The notes beneath the pieces are model-generated. The model searched no databases and had not been told where the DNA came from. It was given only the letters and a program-made list of their open reading frames with translations. A DNA stretch of 64,000 bases from a virus. Taxonomy: Duplodnaviria > Caudoviricetes. Both the position numbers and the translations under genes were made by a program. Where the stretch lies: the IMG/VR virus record IMGVR_UViG_3300031853_000015, positions 19,485 to 83,484 of that record. One strand, written 5' to 3'. Of the stretch, positions 51,293-61,079 are shown in pieces. Each line of letters starts with the position of its first letter. Within the stretch, counting starts at the first letter, position 1.

Positions 51293-51677
51293 CATCTTCA
51301 ATATCAAAAACCAAAAGTAATTGAAATAATCTTGAGTCTTTTAAATTTGGAATTAGTCGAGGATTAATCCTATCATTGATGAAAAATTTCTTATTTTTTA
51401 GTTTACTTTTGATTACTTGAAAATGCTGATTAGATAGCTTACATTCTTTTTTAAGATCTTTTTGACATTCTTCTCCCATTAAAGTTCTATCTACTAAATC
51501 AGCATCTAGAATTACTTTACTTAAACGGTATCTTTCTTTTAAAAAAGCTGTAGCAACATCAGTTTCTCTACTTGTAAGTTTATGAAAAGGAACTAAAAAT
51601 TCTAACCAATAACGAAATATAGTATTTAAATTACAAGGTATTCTTATTACATTATTTGGTTTTAATGCTCCTGCCAT
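51255..51677 (-). CDS. Conserved crAss hypothetical protein, 140 aa
   Basis: Complete ORF; possible winged-helix pattern (NQHFQVIKSKLKNKKF). Confidence 0.75.
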   Translation of the reverse strand: MAGALKPNNVIRIPCNLNTIFRYWLEFLVPFHKLTSRETDVATAFLKERYRLSKVILDADLVDRTLMGEECQKDLKKECKLSNQHFQVIKSKLKNKKFFINDRINPRLIPNLKDSRLFQLLLVFDIEDDDIRIDNKQGVE

Positions 51678-51682
51678 AAAAT

Positions 51683-51982
51683 TTACTTTTTTTCTGGAAC
51701 TTCTTTTTTAGTCTCTTTCTCGACTTCTTCATTAGGAGGAGTTAATATAAACTGAATCTCCTTAGCACAATAGGTTACAAAATCTGAATCAAAATGCTTC
51801 TCAGCCTTCAGTACTTCAAATAACCAAGGAAGTTTATTTAATACATCAGTTACTTGATTAAGTCTTTCTGCAACTTTATCTCTCTGCATTAAAAGCTGAT
51901 TGCAGTAATATTTTAATTCCTCATAAGTAGGTTTCTGACTTTCTGCTGAAGCAGCAGCATCTAACTTCTTCTCTTCTGCCAT
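51683..51982 (-). CDS. Hypothetical protein, 99 aa
   Basis: Complete ORF; KPTYEELK motif. Confidence 0.75.
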   Translation of the reverse strand: MAEEKKLDAAASAESQKPTYEELKYYCNQLLMQRDKVAERLNQVTDVLNKLPWLFEVLKAEKHFDSDFVTYCAKEIQFILTPPNEEVEKETKKEVPEKK

Positions 51983-51997
51983 AATATTTAAATAAAT

Positions 51998-52198
51998 TTA
52001 TTTGTTAATAAAATGATGTCCATATCTTGATACATACATAGTATCCCATTCTTCAATACTGGTAGTTCCTATGTCAGTAGAACCACAATCATCACAGTAT
52101 TCAGAATCTTCTACCCGTTCTACATTTCTTATCTTTAAAGATAAGCAATTTTTACAGTAGAATACAGGTTCTTTATTATATTCATTTTTGGTATCCAT
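51998..52198 (-). CDS. Small Zn-ribbon protein, 66 aa
   Basis: CxxC...CxxC (YCKNCLSL, YCDDCGST). Confidence 0.8.
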   Translation of the reverse strand: MDTKNEYNKEPVFYCKNCLSLKIRNVERVEDSEYCDDCGSTDIGTTSIEEWDTMYVSRYGHHFINK

Positions 52199-52353
52199 TA
52201 CTGATAATATATTAAAACATAAGAACCACTATTTTCTTGTAATATAGATACAATATTATCTTTCATTACCCCCATGTTATTAGCAGCTTCTACTAAGTCT
52301 CTTACTGTAGAACTTTTTATAGCACAGAGTGTTTCTTTTACTTGTCTTTCCAT
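52198..52353 (-). CDS. Small hypothetical protein, 51 aa
   Basis: MERQVKETLCAIKSSTVRDLVEAANNMGV; stop overlaps the next start. Confidence 0.6.
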   Translation of the reverse strand: MERQVKETLCAIKSSTVRDLVEAANNMGVMKDNIVSILQENSGSYVLIYYQ

Positions 52354-52369
52354 ATAAAGTTAATTAAGT

Positions 52370-52438
52370 TGCGGGCCTAGGACTTGAACCCAGAGCTTAA
52401 GGCTATGATCCTCATATGTTACCTTTACACCAACCCAC
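52370..52438 (-). tRNA. tRNA with anticodon CAT (elongator Met or Ile2)
   Basis: Cloverleaf GTGGGTT...TGAGG-ATCATAG-CCTTA...TTCAAGT...GGCCCGC; G1-C72, so not initiator type. Confidence 0.75.
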
Positions 52439-52465
52439 ATATAACTTCTACTCTTTTTTAACCCA

Positions 52466-52678
52466 TTACTTCTTTTTTCCAGATATCTTACCTCCAGCAG
52501 CAAGCTGCATTGCTTGAACCCTCTTAGATAGTTCAGCAGCTCTAGTCTTAGCAACTTTAACAGCAGCTGCTTTTCTATTCTTATCTGAAATTATCTCCTA
52601 ATAGCGTGCCAATGTTTCAGCATCACTTTCAGCTTGCCATTTCTTTTCATTTGCAGTCATATCTTGTAATCCTTTCAT
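52466..52678 (-). CDS. Small basic helical protein, 70 aa, 1 TAG
   Basis: MKGLQDMTANEKKWQAESDAETLARY*EIISDK. Confidence 0.65.
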
Positions 52679-52683
52679 TTTAA

Positions 52684-53142
52684 TTAATTGATAGTTAATT
52701 GTATTGGAATAGTACTACTTTGAAGTATTTTGTATAACTTTATAAAAGTCTCTTTAGAATTAAGAACTTTACCCACTGCCTTGTTTTCTCCTACTATAAT
52801 ACAACCTGCACTATCTTCAGCTGTATTACCTGCATGTATTAATACTCCTTCAAATCCAGGTACATTCAATAGCCTTGGAAGTCTACCTCCATTAGCATTC
52901 TTCATATAGAAGTCTTTTGTACCAAATCTAGGACTTATAGTATTTAATACTATTGTGTAAGTACCTGTAGGTATAGCAGTTTCATTCTAAACTTTCATAC
53001 TTTTTATTACAGATAGAGGCATAGTCTATTTTAATCCTCTATCTTTATCTTCTATAGTATTACAAAAGAAGGCATCATCTATAAACAATTTACCTATAGT
53101 ATAAGTGTCCTTCTTAGCAATTCGCTTTAATAGCAATTTCAT
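52684..53142 (-). CDS. DUF5675-family protein (L,D-transpeptidase-like), putative endolysin, 152 aa
   Basis: MKLLLKRIAKKDTYTIGKLFID...ETAIPTGTY...GVLIHAGNTAEDSAGCIIVG. Confidence 0.8.
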
Positions 53143-53153
53143 ATTTTAAAAGT

Positions 53154-53315
53154 TTATTTCTTTTTGTGCTTAAAGTGTTTTGCGTTCTATGCAAATATAG
53201 CCCTTTTCCTTGTTATAGGATTCTTACTATGAGTAAGTTCTTCAGTACTCTTACCTGTTCTTTTCTTAGTAGCAGTAAATTTGCCTCTGTTTTCTTTCTT
53301 AATATGTATTGCCAT
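53154..53315 (-). CDS. Small basic protein, 53 aa
   Basis: MAIHIKKENRGKFTATKKRTGKSTEELTHSKNPITRKRAIFA*NAKHFKH. Confidence 0.7.
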
Positions 53316-53392
53316 AATATTATAGTGCTATTAAATATGTATTGTTTTAATCTACATCTCCATATGGAGGTGACTTATACATTAAATTTAAG

Positions 53393-53464
53393 TAGTCCCT
53401 AGCAGAATTGAACTGCTCTTTAGAGATTGAAAATCTCTTGTCCTAACCAATAGACGAAAGGACC
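53393..53464 (-). tRNA. tRNA-Glu(TTC)
   Basis: AGAGA-TTTTCAA-TCTCT anticodon arm; T arm AGCAG-TTCAATT-CTGCT. Confidence 0.9.
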
Positions 53465-53467
53465 ATG

Positions 53468-53540
53468 AGCAGATGATGGGATTCAAACCCACAACTTTCA
53501 GAATGGAAATCTGACGCTCTGTCAATTGAGTTACATCTGC
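53468..53540 (-). tRNA. tRNA-Gly(TCC)
   Basis: GCAGATG/CATCTGC acceptor; TCAGA-TTTCCAT-TCTGA anticodon arm. Confidence 0.85.
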
Positions 53541-53703
53541 ATATGCTGTAGTTTATCCATCATCCTACAGCTAATGTGGATAGTACGACATCCAACAGGA
53601 CTAATCTTATGTTGTATTTCTAAACTATCAAAACTTAAAATATCAGAAACAACAGCCTGTAAGTTACGTTGAGTTTTACACTAGTACTATACTCTTTATT
53701 GTG

Positions 53704-53776
53704 AGCCTCCTATAGGACTTGAACCCATAACACACTGATTACAATTCAGTAGTTCTACCAATTGAACTAAAGAGGC
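53704..53776 (-). tRNA. tRNA-Thr(TGT)
   Basis: GCCTCTT/AGGAGGC acceptor; ACTGA-ATTGTAA-TCAGT anticodon arm. Confidence 0.9.
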
Positions 53777-53992
53777 AAAAGAAGGAGGATAAAAACAAAC
53801 TATTCTCAGAAAAAAAGATCCTCCCTCCCATCATTAATAACCACCATCGTAGTTATCATTATTACTATTATAAACACCAATCATATATCCTATAACAAAT
53901 GTTATTAGGAGATATATAAAAACAATCAAGTCTCTCATTAAAATGTTACAGATATTTTATTAACAGCATCCATAAAATTTAATGAATCCTAC

Positions 53993-54385
53993 TCATTCTG
54001 AAGTTGCTTTACTTGCAGTTCTTCTACTACGCTTTTTAACTCCATTAGAACAGTCTTCATCCTTTCCTTTAGTCTCTGTTCCATTGTCTTCTCCATTAGA
54101 CTTATTAACTGTTTTAGTTGTTTTCCTCTTAGGTTTTTCTGTTTCTAATTCCTCTTTCTTAACTTCCTGTACTATTTCCTCTGGTTCTACAGGAACTAAC
54201 ATTAATATTATAAGAGAAATTACTGCCAGTAAAATTGGAAGAATAACTATTATCCAAGGTAATGTGCTATAACTTACCATTTTAAGTAGTATACAAACTA
54301 CTCCTGCTATGAATAATACTGCCACTCCTTTATTAACAACTTCAGTGGAATTAACTAAACTTTCTAATTTTTCTACTAACTTCAT
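53993..54385 (-). CDS. Two-TM membrane protein with a charged tail, inside the tRNA cluster; TAG-free
   Basis: Two hydrophobic segments followed by a Lys/Glu-rich C-terminus; stop TGA. Confidence 0.7.
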   Translation of the reverse strand: MKLVEKLESLVNSTEVVNKGVAVLFIAGVVCILLKMVSYSTLPWIIVILPILLAVISLIILMLVPVEPEEIVQEVKKEELETEKPKRKTTKTVNKSNGEDNGTETKGKDEDCSNGVKKRSRRTASKATSE

Positions 54386-54410
54386 ATTTTATTTTATGTT
54401 AAAATAAATG

Positions 54411-54482
54411 TACCCCCACTAGGATTCGAACCCAGACAAGAAGGCCTAGAATCTTCCGTGCTAGCCATTACACCATAGGGGA
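54411..54482 (-). tRNA. Amber suppressor tRNA (anticodon CTA), Gln-type body
   Basis: TCCCCTA TG GTGT AATGGCTA GCAC G GAAGA-TTCTAGG-CCTTC ... CTGGG-TTCGAAT-CCTAG TGGGGGT A. Weak 1-72 pair and G37, as in the neighbouring tRNA-Gln. Confidence 0.9.
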
Positions 54483-54511
54483 TTATATACCCAGTATTTC
54501 AAAGAACTTTT

Positions 54512-54585
54512 TGGTTGCTCCTGAGAGATTCGAACTCCCCAATTCAGAACCAAAATCTGATGTATTGCCACTATACTAAGGAGCA
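54512..54585 (-). tRNA. tRNA-Gln(TTG) with encoded CCA
   Basis: TCAGA-TTTTGGT-TCTGA anticodon arm; ends AGGAGCAACCA. Confidence 0.92.
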
Positions 54586-54589
54586 ATAG

Positions 54590-54661
54590 CTGCCTAGAAG
54601 AATTATGATATCTTGACCTGCTGATTAACAGTCAGCTGCTCTTCCTCTGAGCTACTAGGCA
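54590..54661 (-). tRNA. tRNA-Asn(GTT) with a degenerate T loop
   Basis: GCTGA-CTGTTAA-TCAGC anticodon arm; T arm reads AAGATATCATAATTCTT, without TTC. Confidence 0.65.
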
Positions 54662-54668
54662 ATTTTTG

Positions 54669-54740
54669 TAGGGGATGGGAGAATCGAACTCCCTTCACTT
54701 GCTCCCAAAGCAAGAATCTTATCCATTAGACCAATCCCCT
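54669..54740 (-). tRNA. tRNA-Pro(TGG)
   Basis: CTTGC-TTTGGGA-GCAAG anticodon arm; GGGAG-TTCGATT-CTCCC T arm. Confidence 0.9.
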
Positions 54741-54918
54741 AAATAGCATCTCTATAATCACTTACCGAGATGCTCAGAACCTTAAGGTTCATCCTCAATG
54801 ACCGTCACTCTATTAAGAAAGAGCCTCTCATCGCCCAAAATTTCTTGAGACTCTTAACAGTCATCGGGATTCATTTAATTCGAATCTCCATTATGAAAAC
54901 AAAACATTCATTTCATGG

Positions 54919-54952
54919 TGCAAATATAAATAAAATATTTGACATGACCAAA
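54919..54952 (-). promoter_or_regulatory. Bacteroidota -33/-7 promoter for the tRNA cluster
   Basis: TTTG (54949-54952), 20 nt, then TATATTTGCA (54919-54928). Confidence 0.75.
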
Positions 54953-54962
54953 TTTATTAACA

Positions 54963-55481
54963 TTATTTAACGAAATTTTTTATTTTTCTAATAAAATCCT
55001 TTAATTTTGCAGGGTCTAACACCTCTTTATTAGTGATTCTCTCTATTCTTATATTAGGATTACATCTCATTATATCCTCAGTTCTCCATTCATCAAGATA
55101 CTATTGGTCAAGAGTTTGATGATATTCACCATCTACTTCTATAACAAGATTAAGTGTTGGAAGGAAGAAATCTACTATATAGAATCTTTCAACCTTTCTA
55201 TCCTCTCCTACTATATATAAAGGATACTGGAAGATAAAGTTTATATGTTCCTTATAAAGAAGTTCATATAATCTCTACTCTGCTTTAGTAGGATTCATTG
55301 CTAATTTTCTTGCATATTCTTGAGCAGCAACTACTACATTCTTTCCTACAGGTTTTTCAGTACCTTTAATTCTTGCTCTTACTTTCTTCCTGGAAGAAGT
55401 GGCACAAGTTTCAGATTTACTCTTCTTCTTGAAACCACTTCTTTTCCAAGTATAAGTTTTCTTTGTTTTAGACTGTATCAT
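54963..55481 (-). CDS. DUF559/Vsr-like endonuclease, 172 aa, 2 TAG
   Basis: PTKAE*RLYELL...FQYP...FYIVDFFLPTLNLVIEVDGEYH...DEWRT. Confidence 0.8.
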
Positions 55482-55483
55482 TA

Positions 55484-58400
55484 TTATTTAAATAAATCAG
55501 CAATTCTTGTATCTGTAGCATACCCTACAGACTTTCCATTCTTTAACCTGTTCAAGATATATTGTTTAGGATTGGCTCTGTTATAGTATATAGGAAGATA
55601 TGTGGCGATGGTTGATTCATCAGCATTAGGAAAGTCCTTCTTAATTCTTTCAGCATCTGCAGCCATCCTTGCAGCCATTAAGACAATACCAGCTTTATTA
55701 TTTTTTAAATTTATCCAACGACCTTCTTCCCCTCTTTCATTAGTTTGACCTTCTCCTTCTTCTATACTATAAAAATTTTTATATTTTTCAGGCACTGTCA
55801 CTTCTCCATTATATATCTGAGAACCTACTAAGTCTAAGCCAAAATGCTGATAATAGTTTCCTAAGAGTTCTTTGTAGTCATTAGCAGCTCTTACAGAATT
55901 AAGATCAAACTTACTAGGAGAATCATTGAACGCATTATTATATGCTATTTGATCATCAACAAATCCCTCATGTGCAAGTCTGCTTGCTATAGCTTGTGCA
56001 GGAACTCCCAGCTCTTTGCTTATCTCTTTTATATCAGTAATAAGTTCAGGATGTTGCTGGAAATATTTATATCTGGCATCATTTGTTGAACCTCCTATAA
56101 AAATAGGATTTTTCATTCCATTGTATTTTTGCTTTAATAACTGATTATTTATATATTCCTCAAAAGTTAGTCCCAACTCTTTTCCATGATACTGAGGATC
56201 ATATTCTTCCCAATCTCCGTAAGATTTATTAAGAAAGTCTTCATAGTCTGTATAGTTGATACCATTGGCTTCAGACATCGTAGAGACTCCTATAGGATCT
56301 CTATAGCCTGCCTCTCCATGTTTCAGGAACTCAGGAAGAGTTGTGAAAGTATCTGGAATTGAAACAATCTTAGCTTTGTAATCATATAAAGGAACTTCTT
56401 TTTTATTAGCAAGCTGTTGTTCATATTCTACTAATTCTTCCCATGTTGCTGGTGTAGTATTATCTCCTGAGCTTCCTGACATTGTATTCTCAAGTATACC
56501 TCCACTTTGGAAAGAATTAGCACGCTCTACTAATGGCCCTCTTAATGCTTCTTGATTAGTGGTTATTTGTGGGGTACTTATATTAGGAATAGGAGCTTTA
56601 GACAGGGCATTTTCTAAATAGTCTGGATTGTTTTTTAAAGTCCACAGCCATTGATCATTAAGTCCATTCTGTGTAAGATACTCTATCTGTTGTTGTTCTG
56701 AAAGCCCGTTAAGATAATCTATATGTGGAGTCCTGGAGAAATTTATTCCATTTGGAAGATTTAATCCTTCATCAAGTTTTACATATCCTTTTGCAGGATC
56801 ATACTGATAAAAATCAAATTCTGAAATAGGAGCACTGTTAAATTCTCCATTATATTTTGGAGATACCGCAGCTCCATTTACAGATTCCCACTCAAGATTA
56901 GATTTTGGTTTAGATACTACCCACACATCTCCATATTTTTTAGTTTCTTCTCGATATAAAGATGGTTTTCCTTTAGTAAACATTGGAACTTCATACCTTG
57001 TAGGATTATTACCATACTTATTAAACTGAGACACAACCCCATTAGCTTTATAAGAATCTAAAGCATCTGGCCCTACTTGTCTATAATATCTGCCCTCTTC
57101 AATAGGAAGTTCCTTAATCCAAGGTTCCCCTCCAAGGCCTACATTAGATTCTATAATTGGTTTCTTTGCAGCAGCGACTCCATACTTTTCTGTCACCAAC
57201 TTTCTGACATCTTTTATTCCCATCCCACTAACTTTTAAAGCTGCTTTGGCTTCTTTATCTCCTTGTCTAGCTGCATTTAAAAATTTGACTAAAGGCTCTT
57301 CAGTAATAGCTCTAGACTCTATAGGAGTACCATTCATTCCTAAATATCCAGGTTTAAATCTATATTCTCTATTACCAATTTTAATCCAATTACCTGTTAA
57401 AGGAGAGTTGAATAATTCCATCCCAGGCTGTACTACTCCTTTATATATAGGCTTAGCCAACCTTCCAAAAGGAAGTACCTCAAGAGCTGTCATAGGAGTA
57501 ACATTACCACTAACAATATCTTTTCTTGCTTCATTAGCCATATCAGCTGTTAGTACAGCATCTACATAAGGATTTGTCAATACTTTATTAATTCCTGCAA
57601 CTGTAGAACTTACAGCACCATTACCTAAAGCAGCAGCACCTAAGAAAGGTAATGTCATAGCAGCACTTCCAGCAGCTGAAGCTGCTAAGTATTTCTGCAT
57701 ATCATTATATTCTTGTTTCTTAGCAGTAGCAGCTTCTACACCTTCTTTTTCATAAGTATCTGCTTTATCTTTATGACCCATTATTTGTTCAAACCTCCAA
57801 TCAAGAGGGTCTTTAAATCCTATATTAGTATCTCTTACTGTTTTATCAGCAGCATAGTCTGAAGCATTATAAGGAGCAAATACATCTACTTCAGGTAATA
57901 GTATTATTTTAGCAATACCTTCTTCTTTATCTTTTTGTGCTTGCATTGCAGCTTGAACACTGGACATTCTACTTCTAGAACCTCCTCCTGCAAACTTATT
58001 AATTTTACCACCGTGTTTAAATATATAATGGAGTCCAGGATAAATGGGATAATCTTTAGTATCTTCAAATATACTCCAAATAGGATTACCTTCGTTAAAC
58101 TTTAATGCTCTAGCATTCGGAACTGCATCAACATTACCACCTGCTTTTATAACATCGTCTAATAAAGATTTAGATATACCATATTCTCCATCTTTTAACA
58201 TTTGTTTATATACTTTTGCAAACGATAAATTAATTGTATTTTCAGCTTCTTTTCTATTAGGATATGTTCTTATAGCATCTATTGATGGAGTTTCTCCGTA
58301 TATATGGTCACTAATTTTAGGCTCTTCTAAAGTTCCTAAATTTACATTAGCAAACGAATTTCCGGGAGAGTTATAATGTTTGGGATATAATAATCCAGGA

Positions 58401-60637
58401 AATCTACCTGTTTTTATTCTTGATTTACTTAATTTATTAACAGCATTATTTAACAAAACTATACTATTAGCACTAAAATCAGCACCAGTATTTTCATGTA
58501 ATCTAAATTCTGGAGCAATATTCATATTTTCTAAAGTAGCTGCTAATAATCTTCTATTATGTTCAGAACCTCGTGGTAAATTAGGATGTATCGGATAACC
58601 ATGCAATTTACTATACGCAAGTAATTCTATCGGTGTATAATTTAATGTTGGTTTATATGTAGGAGTTTCAGTTAATAGTTTTGTAGCTATCTTATTATCA
58701 GGTACATTTCGTACTACATTTGCTATCTCAGTTTGCCAACTATTATCCTGTCTATTCATTAATATTTTTAAAATATCATCATCTGTAAAACCTCTTTTCC
58801 ACAAACGGTCAATAACAGAACCTGGTTGCGATAATGCATGTATAGGATTTCCTCCTAAATTTATAATATTTTTAATATCATCTATATCATTAAGCCTATT
58901 ACGCATAAAAATAGAAAAAGGAACAAATAAAGCTCTTGTAAAATCATCATCTGATATATGTAGTTTATTAACTTTATCAGTTGGTACTTTTAATTCTTTT
59001 CCTATTTTACGTTTAAAAGCAGAAAATAAACCTGGATTATTATTTATTAAAGTTGTTTTATATTGATTAATAGCACTACTTAAATTTGATGTCGGAATAA
59101 ATTTTAAAGCATCTGTACCAAGACTTTTACGAAAACCTAAATTTTGTAATATATTAGCTTTTAGATAAGAATCTAAAGGTTCGTTCAACCTATTAATATT
59201 TTTTAAAATATAATCGTTAATAAATTTTCTATTAACACCAGTTACTTCACTAACAAAATTCAACGCATTATCATAATTATTATCAATATTATCAAAAAAT
59301 TCATAAAAAGGTTCGTTAATATCTTCTTTTCTTTTAGTAGGTATTATTTCGTCTAGTAATCTTTCCATTTCAAGATTTGCAGCAGAAATGTTTGCTGGAT
59401 TTTCAACTTTTTTAAATAAATTAATAACCCCTTTAATACCTTTTATAGCAGTAGGGCCTAAAGGTAATAAGCTAGCAATAGCTCCAGCTGTAGGATTTGC
59501 CTAATTAATTGCTTCCAATCCAATAGTTAAAGGTGCTGTTTCAGCTCCTAATAATATATTTCCTAAAATAGGAGCAGCTTTGTTTGTAGCACTATGTATA
59601 TTTCTAGTTATATCACCTGCTTGTTTCATAGCAGCTTCTCTAGCAGCATCTTCTTGAGCATAAGCTCTAGATACTTTAGGACTAATGACAATAGGTTCTT
59701 GATCAGGTCTTACTACAACTTCATTCATTAAACCTCCCCAATAAGTAGGGTCTTCCTCATCAGTTTCTCCTCCTATAGCAAATTTATTTGCTTCAGTAAT
59801 CAAGGGTCCTCCTAATGAATATTTAGAAGGAGCAGTTACTTCTACTTCAGGCAACTAATAACTCTCTAAATAATTTCTAATAGCATCTACCTTAGTACCA
59901 AGGGTAGTATTACTTAAATCTACAGGAGCATCATACCCTCCTTTAATACCTCTCATATAGTCAGGAGCAAACTATCTTCTTAAGAACCCATCAAATATAG
60001 GCTTTATAATTTCCTATTCCTCGGTACTTAAAGGCTTGCCACTATAATATTTATTAAGTACCTCAGTACCCTATATTCCAAATTCATCACTAGCAGTCTC
60101 ATATATAGCAGCATTATTCTTTGCAGATTCAATATAGTCATTATATAAATCCTCATATACAGGATTATCATGCATTATATGTAAAGCATCTAAAGATATA
60201 GCATCCCTATTTGCATGATTTGGATTATATATAATACTGTTATTACCAAATGAAGGATTGACTAAATGACCCTTACTATTCATATATTTACCCTAAGCCC
60301 CAGGATATACTATCCTGTTAGCTTCATATTCATTTATATCATCCCCCCATAATGCTTTTACCTAATTAGGAGTAATAGTACTAGTATATCCCCTACCTTC
60401 AATAGGATCTTCTACAAATGTACTATCAGGATATGTATTAAACTTTACAGTTCCTAATGCAGGCCAGTTAATTAATCCTCCATCTTGAAATCTATTAGCA
60501 TCAGATTTTTTAGTATACTCATTATATACCTACTTAATACTATCAATATCCCTATAGCCATTTGCTACTCCTAATCTTATATAGGCAGCTCTTTGTTTCA
60601 TGGATAATTTATCCCAATCGAGTATGTTATTTGACAT
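55484..60637 (-). CDS. Large modular (probably virion cargo) protein, about 1717 aa
   Basis: ATG 60637 (MSNNILDWDKLSMKQRAAYIRLGV). Fragments 60283, 59854 and 59368 share one frame through TAG; five F/YxxGG motifs. Confidence 0.8.
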
Positions 60638-61079
60638 TCTTATATCCTTTCTCTGTTAAAGCTTCAGTTAATAAATATTCATGAAGGTAAGTATAGCCTT
60701 CATTATTACCACTATATCTATACTCCATTCCTGCATAGTCTAATATTCCAAAAGTAGCATGTAGCAACTCATGCGATAGATTAGCTATTTCTACAGGATT
60801 ATATGTAAAGGAGAAAATAGGAAGATGTACTACCCAGTAGCCATAATCACTATAATAGCATCTTGCAGCTACTCCTTTATTTCTATATTCTTCTTCATTA
60901 CAAATTTTCTGTATATCTTCTACCATATCCTGTACTTCAGGATAATTATAAAATTTCTTAGCCCATTTCCTCAAGGATGCACAATCTCCTATAAATACAG
61001 ATACTCCTCTTTTATAAATATCACAGTATATATATTTATATTTGGCACTAACCTTAATATCCTTCTTTTTACTACTCAT
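60627..61079 (-). CDS. HExxH (zincin-like) small protein, about 150 aa
   Basis: LSHELLHATF motif. Likely start MSSKKK at 61079, in frame with the track ORF. Confidence 0.7.
   Translation of the reverse strand: MSSKKKDIKVSAKYKYIYCDIYKRGVSVFIGDCASLRKWAKKFYNYPEVQDMVEDIQKICNEEEYRNKGVAARCYYSDYGYWVVHLPIFSFTYNPVEIANLSHELLHATFGILDYAGMEYRYSGNNEGYTYLHEYLLTEALTEKGYKNVK

Noticed and set aside
53541-53700. Ribozyme or extra tRNA between tRNA-Gly and tRNA-Thr
   Set aside because: Only simple hairpins (GCTGTAG/CTACAGC); no cloverleaf or catalytic core.
55002-55011. Plus-strand TAATTTTGCA promoter
   Set aside because: Lies inside the DUF559 coding sequence with no plus-strand gene downstream; may be chance.
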